From: Octopus sinensis
Taxonomy: Eukaryota
Direction: 5' to 3'
Assembly: GCF_006345805.1 (NCBI RefSeq)
Contig: NW_021833569.1
Location: forward strand, 1-28,539
DNA length: 28,539 bases
Under the pieces are notes generated by a model. It worked only from the letters and a program-made list of their open reading frames with translations. It did no database searches and was not told the origin of the DNA. Below are positions 10,730 to 20,057 of the stretch, one piece after another (within the stretch, counting starts at the first letter, position 1; each line of letters opens with the position of its first letter). The position numbers and the translations under genes are program-made.

Positions 10730-11382
10730 ATGAATAAATAAATGGAGTTAAATGCAGGTGTTATTCAAATTCTTTTACTTCCGACACATGTTTCGAAGAT
10801 ATCACTGGTATTATTCCAAAGGAATAAAATGGTGTAAAGCAATGTAATCTTTTCTTCAGGGAAATGAAAAAATGAAACTTGTCAATAAGACATTTTAACA
10901 GAAAAAGATGGATATGTATAGTGATTAATTGAACACTATTAAGTTTATTTCAAAAAAACGTTAGAGGATATAACGTCAAAGGTAGTCTATAGAAAGAGGT
11001 GGGGTTAAAAAAACCCAAATAAATGAGAAGTATATAACTATATGTATATTAAATAAAACCATATAGACTTGGAATATGATATATCAAGTGAGTGTGAAAT
11101 GTAAGAAGAAAATTAATGTTTAAATTATATATAATACCATTATATATAATGGTATTATATATATAGGTATCATTTATATGAACTAGAGGTGTGTTTCTGC
11201 CAATGTTTACATCAGTATGCCCGCTCTATAATCGTGTTTACAAGGGGATTTTTAGAAAAAAGAATAAAAAATAGTTCAGAATTACAGAGAAGACAAAATT
11301 CCTTGCCTTTGTCATAAGGTATCGAGATTGAGAGAATCAACCAATCTAAATTAAATTGTTTATTTTGAGAAAAATACACACA
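10730..11382 (-). mobile_element. Penelope-like element 3' fragment (C-terminus of GIY-YIG endonuclease + 3' UTR + hammerhead)
   Basis: Minus frame 11379-11170 reads VYFSQNKQFNLDWLILSISIPYDKGKEFCLLCNSELFFILFSKNPLVNTIIERAY*CKHWQKHTSSSYK*. This matches the PLE endonuclease C-terminal pattern W.I...PY...C.LC..E..I...L.N..E...C.H. The fragment is bounded by (TA)n and (TC)n(TA)n. Confidence 0.8.
10778..10864 (-). ncRNA. Minimal type I hammerhead ribozyme motif (PLE-associated)
   Basis: The minus strand reads UUUCC-CUGAAGA-A-AAGAU..(extended stem II)..AUCUU-C-GAAA-C-AUGU-GUC^GGAAG. Stem I is UUUCC/GGAAG and the predicted cleavage is between 10783 and 10782. Pair 10.1-11.1 is an A-C mismatch. Confidence 0.8.
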
Positions 11383-11431
<49 letters not shown>

Positions 11432-11574
11432 TATAGCATATGGTTGGCGAAAAAACAGGAGTTACATAATTACTTTCATTATTTTACATCCATCTCTGCT
11501 CCAAGGAGTATTGCACTCAGAGCTGAGTGCTCAAGCAACATCTTATAGCTTCCTCAGAGCCATTTGAATTAAGT

Positions 11575-11643
11575 GTACATACATACATTCATAAATACAT
11601 ACATACATACATACATACATACATACATACATACATACATACA

Positions 11644-11674
<31 letters not shown>

Positions 11675-11697
11675 GTCTGTGTGTGTGTGTGTGTGCA
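11575..11697. repeat. (TACA)n + (TG)n
   Basis: Seen directly. Confidence 0.97.
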
Positions 11698-11994
11698 CAT
11701 GTTTGTTTAACCGGTCTAATGGTGATATATGTTTGAATATTTAAGACAGAATTTAGAAGTGGCTTTATGTAAAGAAACCAATAAAGCAAAGGAAATTTAA
11801 TCTATTTCGTATATATATATATCTTATACAAAGTTAATATTGAAAGGCCACAAGTGTTAAGTATTAAATGTAGGATGTTCAACTTTTATTGTAATTTATA
11901 AGTTAAAAAGAAACCAAGAATTAAAATAAATAACTAACATCACACATCATTACTAAAAGATTTCTTGATATTTCTGGTATTATTGGTGTGATAC

Positions 11995-12770
11995 TATTAT
12001 TATATCTCAAGATACATTTTCATTTATGTGGGCAAGATGACATTAGCTCAGTATACTTTTTCAGTGTTTTCATATTGTAGTTTAAGATTAATATTTTTTT
12101 CCTTGTGTGCATAAGCTACAAAAAGAATTGTACTGTTTACAAGGTTTAGCTTTTGTCTAAGAAATACCAACTGATATTGTAGTTTAGGTTATAATTTTTT
12201 TTCAGAAGCTACATATGTGTTGTTAAACTTGTATCCAATCTTCTTTGTGGTGTTACAAATGTATATTTATGCTGTCTATATCTCATCTTAAATTGATTTG
12301 CTGTCATACCAATGCAATCTATTCCATTCTAGTTAATGTTAGATGTGACAGTGGCTGCCTAGATAACTGGTTTTTCTAAGCAATTGCTATTTACTGGGCA
12401 TACATTCTGTGAATTACAGTCGCGTTTTGGGGGTGTTAATATCATTTGTGGTTTGGTAATTAGAATTAATATTTCTGTTATTATTATTAATGGATGATAG
12501 CATGTTTGTGTTGAATAGCTAACTTTGAGTGAATTTGTGTTGAAAATTTTTTCGTCTATGTCTTGGTTAAGTGCAATTTTGCAAGATGGAAGAATATTTT
12601 TTCCAATATGGCTCCTAACATTGATTGAATATGCTGCATTAAACCATATGACCTTTCTTTTCTGTTTCCTCTTCCTGTGTATGTTTGTCATATTTAATGG
12701 TTTCCGTGAAACCACTAGATGCCAGTGCATTAGTGTATACATCACGGTACTCTATTTTGTACACCTCACA
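11995..12770 (-). mobile_element. Decayed Penelope-like element (Naiad-type) ORF: post-RT linker + GIY-YIG endonuclease
   Basis: Frameshifted or stop-interrupted motifs in order: YTNALASSGF..IKY; RKVIWFNAAYSINVRSHIGK; KIFNTNSLKVSYS; CN...CPVNSNCLEKPVI*AATVTS; CIGMTANQFKMRYRQHKYTF; NYNISW; FCSLCTQ; ELMSSCPHK. Confidence 0.9.
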
Positions 12771-13330
12771 CATAAACATATACACACATGCATGCATATA
12801 TGTGTGTGTCTGTACATATATAAGTCTGTATACACACACCTAGATATATATATATAGACATATAAACACACACACATATACACACACATATACACACACA
12901 TGCATACACACACATGGATGCATGGTTGTTTGTATGTGTCACACGCATACATACCTATGTCTATCCATCTATCTATCTTGCTTTTTTCTCTCTGTCTGTA
13001 TCTCTCTCTCCCTCTCACTTTCTCTGTTTGTCTGTCTCTCTTTCTATACATACACTCACACACACACACACACACACATAAACACACACACACATACACA
13101 GACATATATGTAAATTTGCACATGTGTGTGTCCATTCTTATGCTTGTGTGTATACAAATAAATAGATTGGTAAATAGATAGACAGACAGATAGATAGATA
13201 GATAGATAGATAGATGGATGGATGGATGGATGGATGGATGGATGGATGGATGGATGGATAGACAGACAGACAGGCAGGCAGATGGACGGACGGACAGACA
13301 CACAGACAGACAGACAGATAAAATGACAGA
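12770..13330. repeat. Compound (CA)n/(TC)n/(GATA)n/(GATG)n/(GACA)n
   Basis: Seen directly. Confidence 0.95.
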
Positions 13331-13718
13331 CAAACAAACAACTAAATCTATGCTTCACCATTGCTAGAATGTCAGGATTTGAACCAACCATAGAACTCCA
13401 GTTCTTAAGTTCCAGATTTATATATGTGTGTACATCAATGCTCACACAACCTAGCATATAAATAGGTCCCAGCTTCATTGGTAATGGATAGCTGATTCGG
13501 TAGAGCAACAACCAAAATGACTGATAATATATTTCATTAAATGGTTTGTCATTCTGAATTCATTACTTTCCTGGGGGTGGTGGGGGTCAATTGTACCTTT
13601 AGTCCCTTTAGAGGTCAATAAGATTAAATCAAGCACAAAGGAGGTTAATTAATCTTGTATTGTGTCCTACTGTAATTCAAGGAGTGACAAATAAACAAAA
13701 AACATTTTTGATAAACAT

Positions 13719-13869
13719 TTGGCGTTAGGAAGGGCATCCAGCTGTAGAAACTCTGCCAGATCAGACTGGAGCCTGGTGCAGCCTCCTGGCTTCCCAGACC
13801 CCGGTCGAACCGTCCAACCCGTGCTAGCACGGAAAACGGACGTTAAACGATGATGATGATGATGATGAT
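13719..13869 (+). mobile_element. Young 5'-truncated RTE-type tail (SINE or LINE 3' end)
   Basis: ttggcgttaggaagggcatccagctgtagaaac...gtgctagcacggaaaacggacgttaaac(GAT)n, CpG-retaining. Confidence 0.88.
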
Positions 13870-13922
13870 TTCAACAACAAACACACAGTTTGCATCAGTT
13901 CAAACCATATCGGTAATCATCA

Positions 13923-14325
13923 ACATCATCATCATCATCATTATTTAACATCCGTTTTCCATGCTGTCATGGGTTGGATGGTTTGACCAGAGCCAGCAAG
14001 CATGAGAGCTGCACCAGCTTCCAGTCTGTTGTGGCATGGTTTCTATGGCTGGATGCCCTTCCTAACATGCCAACCACTTTACAGAGTGTGCTGGATGCTT
14101 TCTCCATGGCATTCGCCTGGATGCTGTTGCATGGCACTAGCATGGGTGCCTTTTATGTGATGCTGACACAGGTCTCCTGCAGGCCAATCCTCTTTGGCAG
14201 TGGGAGTGGCATTAACACTTCTACTGTTGAAGAAGGGTCTTCATGAGTACAGCCAGGCACCAACAAGGTACCTTGTCATCTCCTCCATAAGGTTCCAGTA
14301 TCCCGAGATCATCCAGTAACATATT
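13923..14325 (-). mobile_element. RTE LINE 3' end (last ORF2 codons + 3' UTR + (GAT)n tail)
   Basis: The tail matches 13719-13869. Around 14270-14320 the minus strand reads DLGILE(fs)LMEEMTR, resembling the RTE ORF2 C-terminal DLR.L.LTEEMT motif. Confidence 0.6.
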
Positions 14326-14717
14326 AACAACACAAAGATACTGTTACCATCCGTCTAACTCTACTACAGTCACACCAATGGCTGTACAATGGAAGCTTTT
14401 GTTGGTTAAACCTGTAACCAACAACCTGTAACTAGTGATTGGTTCATTGTATTTAGGATGATGAAAGCGATGAGGGATTGTCTGTGCAACTCGGGTGAAA
14501 CAATTCTCAGTAAAGAACTTTAAAAGTCTTGTTTTATTAGTTTTCTTGCATGATATTTATATCTATCTTGATATAGATTACCAAATGATATATATATATA
14601 TATATATATATGCATGTGTGTGTATGTGTGTGTGTGTGTGTGTGAGCATGTGTATTGTGTATTTATGTACCTATATGCATACACACACACACATACAAAC
14701 ACACACACACTCCCACA

Positions 14718-14850
14718 CACGTTTTTGTCTGCCAAAATCACTCATAAAGCATCGATCAGCCCAGAGCTGTAGTAAAAGGCATTTGCCTGCAGTTCTGCAC
14801 TGTGAGATTGTACCCCTGAAACCATGTTATTGCAAAGTGCACTTTGAAAC
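14718..14850 (-). mobile_element. Old SINE 5' half
   Basis: gtctgccaaaatcactcataaagc..tagtaaaaggcatttgcc..cctgaaaccatgt aligns to the reverse complement of the SINE head and central block. Confidence 0.65.
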
Positions 14851-14856
14851 ATGCTT

Positions 14857-15170
14857 GTGCTATGTGGTAAGAAGCTTCCTTCCCAACCACATGGTTCTGG
14901 GTTCAGTCTCACTGCATGGCACCTGGGCAAGTGTCTTCTATTATTGTGCCTTTGTGTTTGTACTTGTCCCCTTGTTATTGCTTGTCAAACGATGTTGGTG
15001 TGTTTACATCTCCGTAACTTAGCAGTTCAGCAAAAGAGATCAATAGAAGTAATAGGCTTACAAAGAATAAGTCCTGGGATTGATTTCTTCGACTAAAAGA
15101 AAACCTTTAAGGTGGTGCTCCAGCATGGTCATAGTCAAGTGATTAAAACAAGTAAAAGAATAAAAGAATA
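14857..15170 (+). mobile_element. Main-family SINE lacking the central block
   Basis: Head tggtaagaagcttccttcccaaccacatggttctgggttcagtc and tail ggtggtgctccagcatggtc...aagtaaaagaataaaagaata. Confidence 0.88.
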
Positions 15171-15190
15171 TATATATATATATATATATT

Positions 15191-15552
15191 GGTTGTGTGG
15201 TAAGTAGCTTGCTAACCAACCACATGGTTCCGGGTTCAGTCCCACTGCGTGGCATCTTGGGCAAGTGTCTTCTGCTATAGCCCCGGGCCAACAAATGCCT
15301 TGTGAGTGGATTTGGTAGACGGAAACTGAAAGAAGCCTGTCGTATATATGTATATATATATATGTGTGTGTGTCTGTGTTTGTCCCCCTAGCATTGCTTG
15401 ACAACCGATGCTGGTGTGCTTACGTCCCCGTCACTTAGCGGTTCGGCAAAAGAGACCGATAGAATAAGTACTGGGCCTACAAAGAATAAGTCCCGGGGTC
15501 GATTTGCTTGACTAAAGGCGGTGCTCCAGTAACAGAGTAAAGAGTAAAGAGT
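15191..15552 (+). mobile_element. Young main-family SINE (small 3' deletion)
   Basis: B box ggttcagtccc, central gccttgtgagtggatttggtagacggaaactgaaagaagcc and an (AGAGTAA)n tail. The catggccgcagtcaaatgactgaaac segment is missing. Confidence 0.93.
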
Positions 15553-15569
15553 ATATATATATATATATA

Positions 15570-15660
15570 TACTCTTCCTAACACCAACCACTTTACATTG
15601 TGGACTGGATGTTTTTAAGTGACATCTGCACTGACAGGGTCACCAAGTACTTGCAAGACT
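15570..15660 (-). mobile_element. RTE-type 3' UTR fragment
   Basis: cttcctaacaccaaccactttaca...ctggatg matches 14059-14098. Confidence 0.6.
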
Positions 15661-15794
15661 ATATATATTATATATATATATATATATATGTACATACATA
15701 TATACATATAAAGAATGTGCAGTAGTTAATCCAGATACTCTCCACTCTCTCCTTATTCCTTTTTGTAGGCACAAAATGTCAGAGACACTTTTAT

Positions 15795-15912
15795 GATGAG
15801 GCATTGCTTGGTTCAGGTCTAATAGATGTTAAGTTACTTGCCCAGAAGTCATGGAGTGGGACTGTACCTGAAACCTCATGGTTACAGAGAAAGCTTCTTA
15901 ACTCCAACAGCC
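15795..15912 (-). mobile_element. Old SINE head
   Basis: acttgcccagaagtcatggagtgggactgtacctgaaacctcatggtt...aagcttcttaactccaacagcc. Confidence 0.7.
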
Positions 15913-15935
15913 AAGTTACAATCTTATACATACTT

Positions 15936-16372
15936 GGCATGGCTGTGTGGTAAGAAGCTTGCTTCCCAACCACATGGTTCTGGGTTCAGTCCCACTGCAT
16001 GACACCTTGGGCAAGTGTCTTTTACTATAACCTCAGGCCAACCAAAGGCTTGCGAGTCAATTTGGTATAGATGGAAACTGAAAGAAGCCTGTCGTATGTG
16101 TATAAATATATCTGTGTGTCTGTATGTGTGAGTGTTTGTCCTTACCATTGCTTGACAACTGGTGCTGGTGCGTTTACATTCCCATGACTTAGCAGTTCAA
16201 CAAAGGGCGACAAACAGAATAAATACTAGACTGTAAAATGAAATAAGCACTGCAGTCGATTAATTCGAATGAAATTGTTCAAAGCGATGCCCCAGCATGG
16301 CCACAGTCAAATGACTAAAACAAAAGCAGACAAAAGACAAAAGATTGATGATAAAAGATAAAAGATAAAAGG
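15936..16372 (+). mobile_element. Full-length main-family SINE
   Basis: Complete head, central block, (TG)-rich spacer, body and tail gccccagcatggccacagtcaaatgact, then (AAAAGA[CT])n. Confidence 0.9.
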
Positions 16373-16571
16373 TATACCTGTAAACAACATATATTGTTCT
16401 TTGTATCTCTTGTAATTCTGCTGTAAATTGATGCAGAGTAAAAAAAAACCCAATTTTTTGTAAAAACTCCAACTTTACAGTCTTTTTTTTTTTTTTATAT
16501 AACTTTAATATCATTATTTAAATTTTTTATCTTATTTTATTATTGTTATTCAAAGATTTAAGTGTTTTCCT

Positions 16572-16609
<38 letters not shown>

Positions 16610-16809
16610 CTTTTTATTTTATTGTTACAACTATTCTATATATTTATTTATTTATTTATTTATTTAAATTTATTTTTGCATGCTTGAATGAATGATGTTA
16701 AATAGTGATGTTTTGTTTTTGGTTTTTTTGGTTGTTTTTTTTTTTTTTTTGCTCAGTTTCAATCATTTGACTGTGGCCGTATTGGGATATGGCCTTTTAG
16801 TGTGTAGTT

Positions 16810-16982
16810 GATGACATCTAGAGGCCACCACCACAAACACCACCATCGCCAACCTCACCACCATCACAGCCACCACCACAACCACTATCACCAACAATAC
16901 CACAACCACCATCACCATTATCAACAACACCATCGCCAGCCTCACCACCACCTCCACCGTTATCATCACCACCACCATTACC
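16810..16982. repeat. (CAC)n/(CAT)n array
   Basis: Seen directly. Confidence 0.93.
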
Positions 16983-17205
16983 TTTATGGTAGCTCCAGTA
17001 TTTATTTTTAATGATTTCAAATAAATGACTGGTGAAATGGACGTGGGTGAGATGTGATCTCTGAATGTGAAGGGATTTTATCAAATACTGTTCTGAATAA
17101 TTCTGCAATCCACACTTCTTTATCACACGCATACATGTCTGCACACACACACACACACACACGTGTATGTGTGTGTATAGGTATATCTGTCTACCTATCT
17201 ATCTA

Positions 17206-17257
<52 letters not shown>

Positions 17258-17284
17258 TATATATATACACATATATATATTTCC

Positions 17285-17465
17285 AAAATGTTATTACATA
17301 TCGATTGTTGGCGATTTTTTTCCTCCGTCTTCCTTTTCTTTTGGACTTCCCTCTGTCTCCTGTTTCTGAAGAAGAGCTTTGCTCGAAACATAAAACACCC
17401 TTTCTTGCCTTCCTTGAGCATCCTATTAATACTTTGTATCTACCACATCCTCACGTTGTTATATA
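17285..17465 (+). mobile_element. Short (TA)n-embedded non-autonomous element carrying a hammerhead motif (PLE-derived or retrozyme-like)
   Basis: About 180 bp of non-microsatellite sequence between (TA)n tracts, with an HHR core at 17361-17397. No coding remnant was seen. Confidence 0.55.
17361..17397 (+). ncRNA. Minimal type I hammerhead ribozyme motif, probably decayed
   Basis: UGUUU-CUGAAGA-A-GAGC-UUU-GCUC-GAAA-C-A-UA^AAACA. Stem I (UGUUU/AAACA) and stem II (GAGC/GCUC) are perfect. Stem III reads ACAU rather than the palindromic ACGU. Confidence 0.72.
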
Positions 17466-17814
17466 TACACACACATATACAAGTTTGTGATATTAAGTAA
17501 AGTGTGAAACACTTGTGGCATGAATCCACTGGACTTGTTGAGTAAACAGATCAGTTGCTTGTTTCTGAGATTGGTCAAATGGTGTAGACACCTCTGACCC
17601 ATTAAGGGTCAAAAATGGATTAAGGCTTTTCATCATATTTTCAATCTACAGAGAAATAGTTGGAATTGCCATGTTTATCTGTCTACTATATATATATATA
17701 TATAAATATAACTAAGTAAACAACAGGTTGTACCATATATATATATATATATATACATACACACATAAATATATAAATATACATATATACAGAGATATAT
17801 ATATATATATATAT

Positions 17815-18176
17815 ATTTTATTTTTATTGGCTCAAAAAGCAAAAGCAAGGCCATGTAGGAGGACAGGGAGTTATGTACAGGGAGGATGGTCATACAAAGA
17901 GTTCAGGCCATTTCCGGTCAAAAGAGACTTTGAACTGAGCGGTCGTCGGCATCTTCACTATCTCATCCAGCAGCTTATTCCACGGATCCGCAACCTGGAC
18001 GGAGAAAGCCTCTCTCCTTCGACTGAGATGAAATCGTCATAGACAGAGCTTTTCGGAGTGACCCCACAGCCCACACTCTGGAGCAGGAGTGAAGAGCAGC
18101 TCTTTCGAGAGGTTACACTTTCCGCTTATGCTGTTGTGAGCGAGAATGAAATCACCACGGCGTTGTTGTTTTTCAA
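17815..18176 (-). mobile_element. CR1/L2-group LINE 3' end (ORF2 C-terminus + 3' UTR), 5'-truncated
   Basis: Frame 18174-17890 reads EKQQRRGDFILAHNSISGKCNLSKELLFTPAPECGLWGHSEKLCL*RFHLSRRREAFSVQVADPWNKLLDEIVKMPTTAQFKVSFDRKWPELFV*. This is the typical CR1 RR.RGD/GH..KL/F..R...WN.L/FK..LD pattern. The tail is AATAAAAATAAA, inserted in (TA)n. Confidence 0.9.
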
Positions 18177-18531
18177 TATATATATAATGCATATATATGT
18201 GTATGTATGTGTGTATGCATGTATATATATATAACAAATTACTTCCATGCTAGGGAGATGATGTCTGCCTCAGTTCAAGCTATAACAATCTTATCAGCTA
18301 AACAAACCTGGAGATTGCTGAGAAAATGAATACAGCTTGAGATGAGCTGTGCCAGACACCTTCCTTTAAGCATGAAACTTAAAGTAGTTTGTTTCAAACA
18401 AGATACTGTGCCTGTAATGACATTGCCATATAGGTAACACTTTTTGACAACATGGATATATAAGTACTGTTTGATGTTATATCCGTTTGGATTTCCGCTG
18501 ATGATGTAACCATCTCTGGATCTCTCTCTCT

Positions 18532-18774
18532 CTTTACTCTTTTACTCTTTTACTTGTTTCAGTCATTTGACTGCAGCCATGCTGGAGCACCGCCTTTAAT
18601 CGAGCAACTCAACCCCGGGACTTATTCTTTGTAAGCCCAGTACTTATTCTATCGGTCTCTTTTGCCGAACCGCTAAGTGACGGGGATATAAACACACCAG
18701 CATCGGTTGTCAAGCAATGCTAGGGGGACAAACACAGACACACAAACACACACATATACACATACATATATATA

Positions 18775-18835
<61 letters not shown>

Positions 18836-18993
18836 TACGACGGGCTTCTTTCAGTTTCCGTCTACCAAATCCATTCACAAGGCTTTGGTCGGCCCGAGGC
18901 TAGAGTAGAAGACACTTGCCCAAGGTGCCACGCAATGGGACTGAACCCGGAGCCATGTGGTTGGTAAACAAGCTATTTACCACACAGCCACTC
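18532..18993 (-). mobile_element. Young full-length main-family SINE
   Basis: Intact head, central block and body, with an (AGAGTAAA)n tail. It has 8 mismatches in 153 nt against 15377-15529. Confidence 0.95.
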
Positions 18994-19794
18994 TCGTTCA
19001 CATAATCCTGTTCTTCTGTGGACTATGATACTCAGTCCTTTAAACTTTCTCTCAACTGACATCTTTTGGAGTTGTAGATCTCTTCTTTTCCTTCTTTGTT
19101 GTCTCTTATGGTACTCTGACCCCAAGCTTTTCTTGGCACAAAATCATATACAAAAAATATCAGTGACATAGTTTGGTAATGTGACTTTGTAGGCAATGCT
19201 GTCATATGATATAACCACATGGCTGTTAATGGTTATATCTGGGTTGTATCTGATCTAACTGCTTCTCCTTTCCTCTACTTTTATCCCACGTTTATAGTAA
19301 TACAGCTATCATAGGCATAAGGTCATGAGGGGTACATCTAGTCAAACTGATTCCCAGCATATGACTGGTACTTACTTGATTATCCTTAAGGTTTTTATTT
19401 CATCGAATCCCAGTAAAACATCCTTACATAAGCAGACTCTGGTTCGGTTTACGCTGGAATAGATTCGCACACATATGCAAACACAAACACATATACATGT
19501 ATATGTGTGCATACACATGCAACTACACACACATGTGGTAATAGTTCATCTCACCTCACCGTTGCAAGTCACGAAGGAAGCAACACCGCTGTTAACTGAT
19601 TATATTTCGGCCATTTCTCATAGTTCCTGCTCACTCAAGCATGGAAAGTCTTCAATGAGCAACAACTTGCCAGTTCAAGGAACACAACCAAAAACAAAAC
19701 AGAGAAAAGAATAACCAAACACACAGAAAAAAAAAGACCTTAAAAAAAATACCAACTCTACCAAACAACGCTCATAGTAGAAAGCATAAAAATA

Positions 19795-19795
19795 C

Positions 19796-19838
<43 letters not shown>

Positions 19839-20007
19839 TGATAACAGTAATAGTAATAATAATAATAATAATAAAAATAATAATGATAATACTGATAACA
19901 GTAATAGTAATAGTAATAATAATAATGGTAACGATGATAATAATGGTTATAGTAATAATAACAATAGTAATAGTAATGGTGGTGATAATAATAATAACAA
20001 CAACAAT

Positions 20008-20057
<50 letters not shown>

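Noticed and set aside
11212-11214. In-frame TGA in the PLE endonuclease as selenocysteine (reported for some Naiad PLEs)
   Set aside because: The TGA aligns with the residue before the conserved Cys (AY*CKH vs SSCPH), not with the Cys. No SECIS-like AUGA/AA/GA stem was seen downstream, so ordinary decay is simpler. The family consensus would settle it.
11705-11800. Possible decayed hammerhead 3' of the first PLE fragment (minus: ttcaaacatatatcacc)
   Set aside because: It only loosely resembles cgaaacatatgtc, and there is no CUGANGA upstream.
14445-14525. Possible plus-strand mini-exon (DDESDEGLSVQL or MMKAMRDCLC)
   Set aside because: Short, with a mediocre donor and no companion exons.
14830-14870. 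Head-to-head SINE promoters (also 15900-15950)
   Set aside because: The minus copies are heavily decayed, and this arrangement is expected at this SINE density.
18240-18525. About 80-codon open stretch on the minus strand (SRDGYIISGNPNG...)
   Set aside because: No start or splice support and no recognisable motif.
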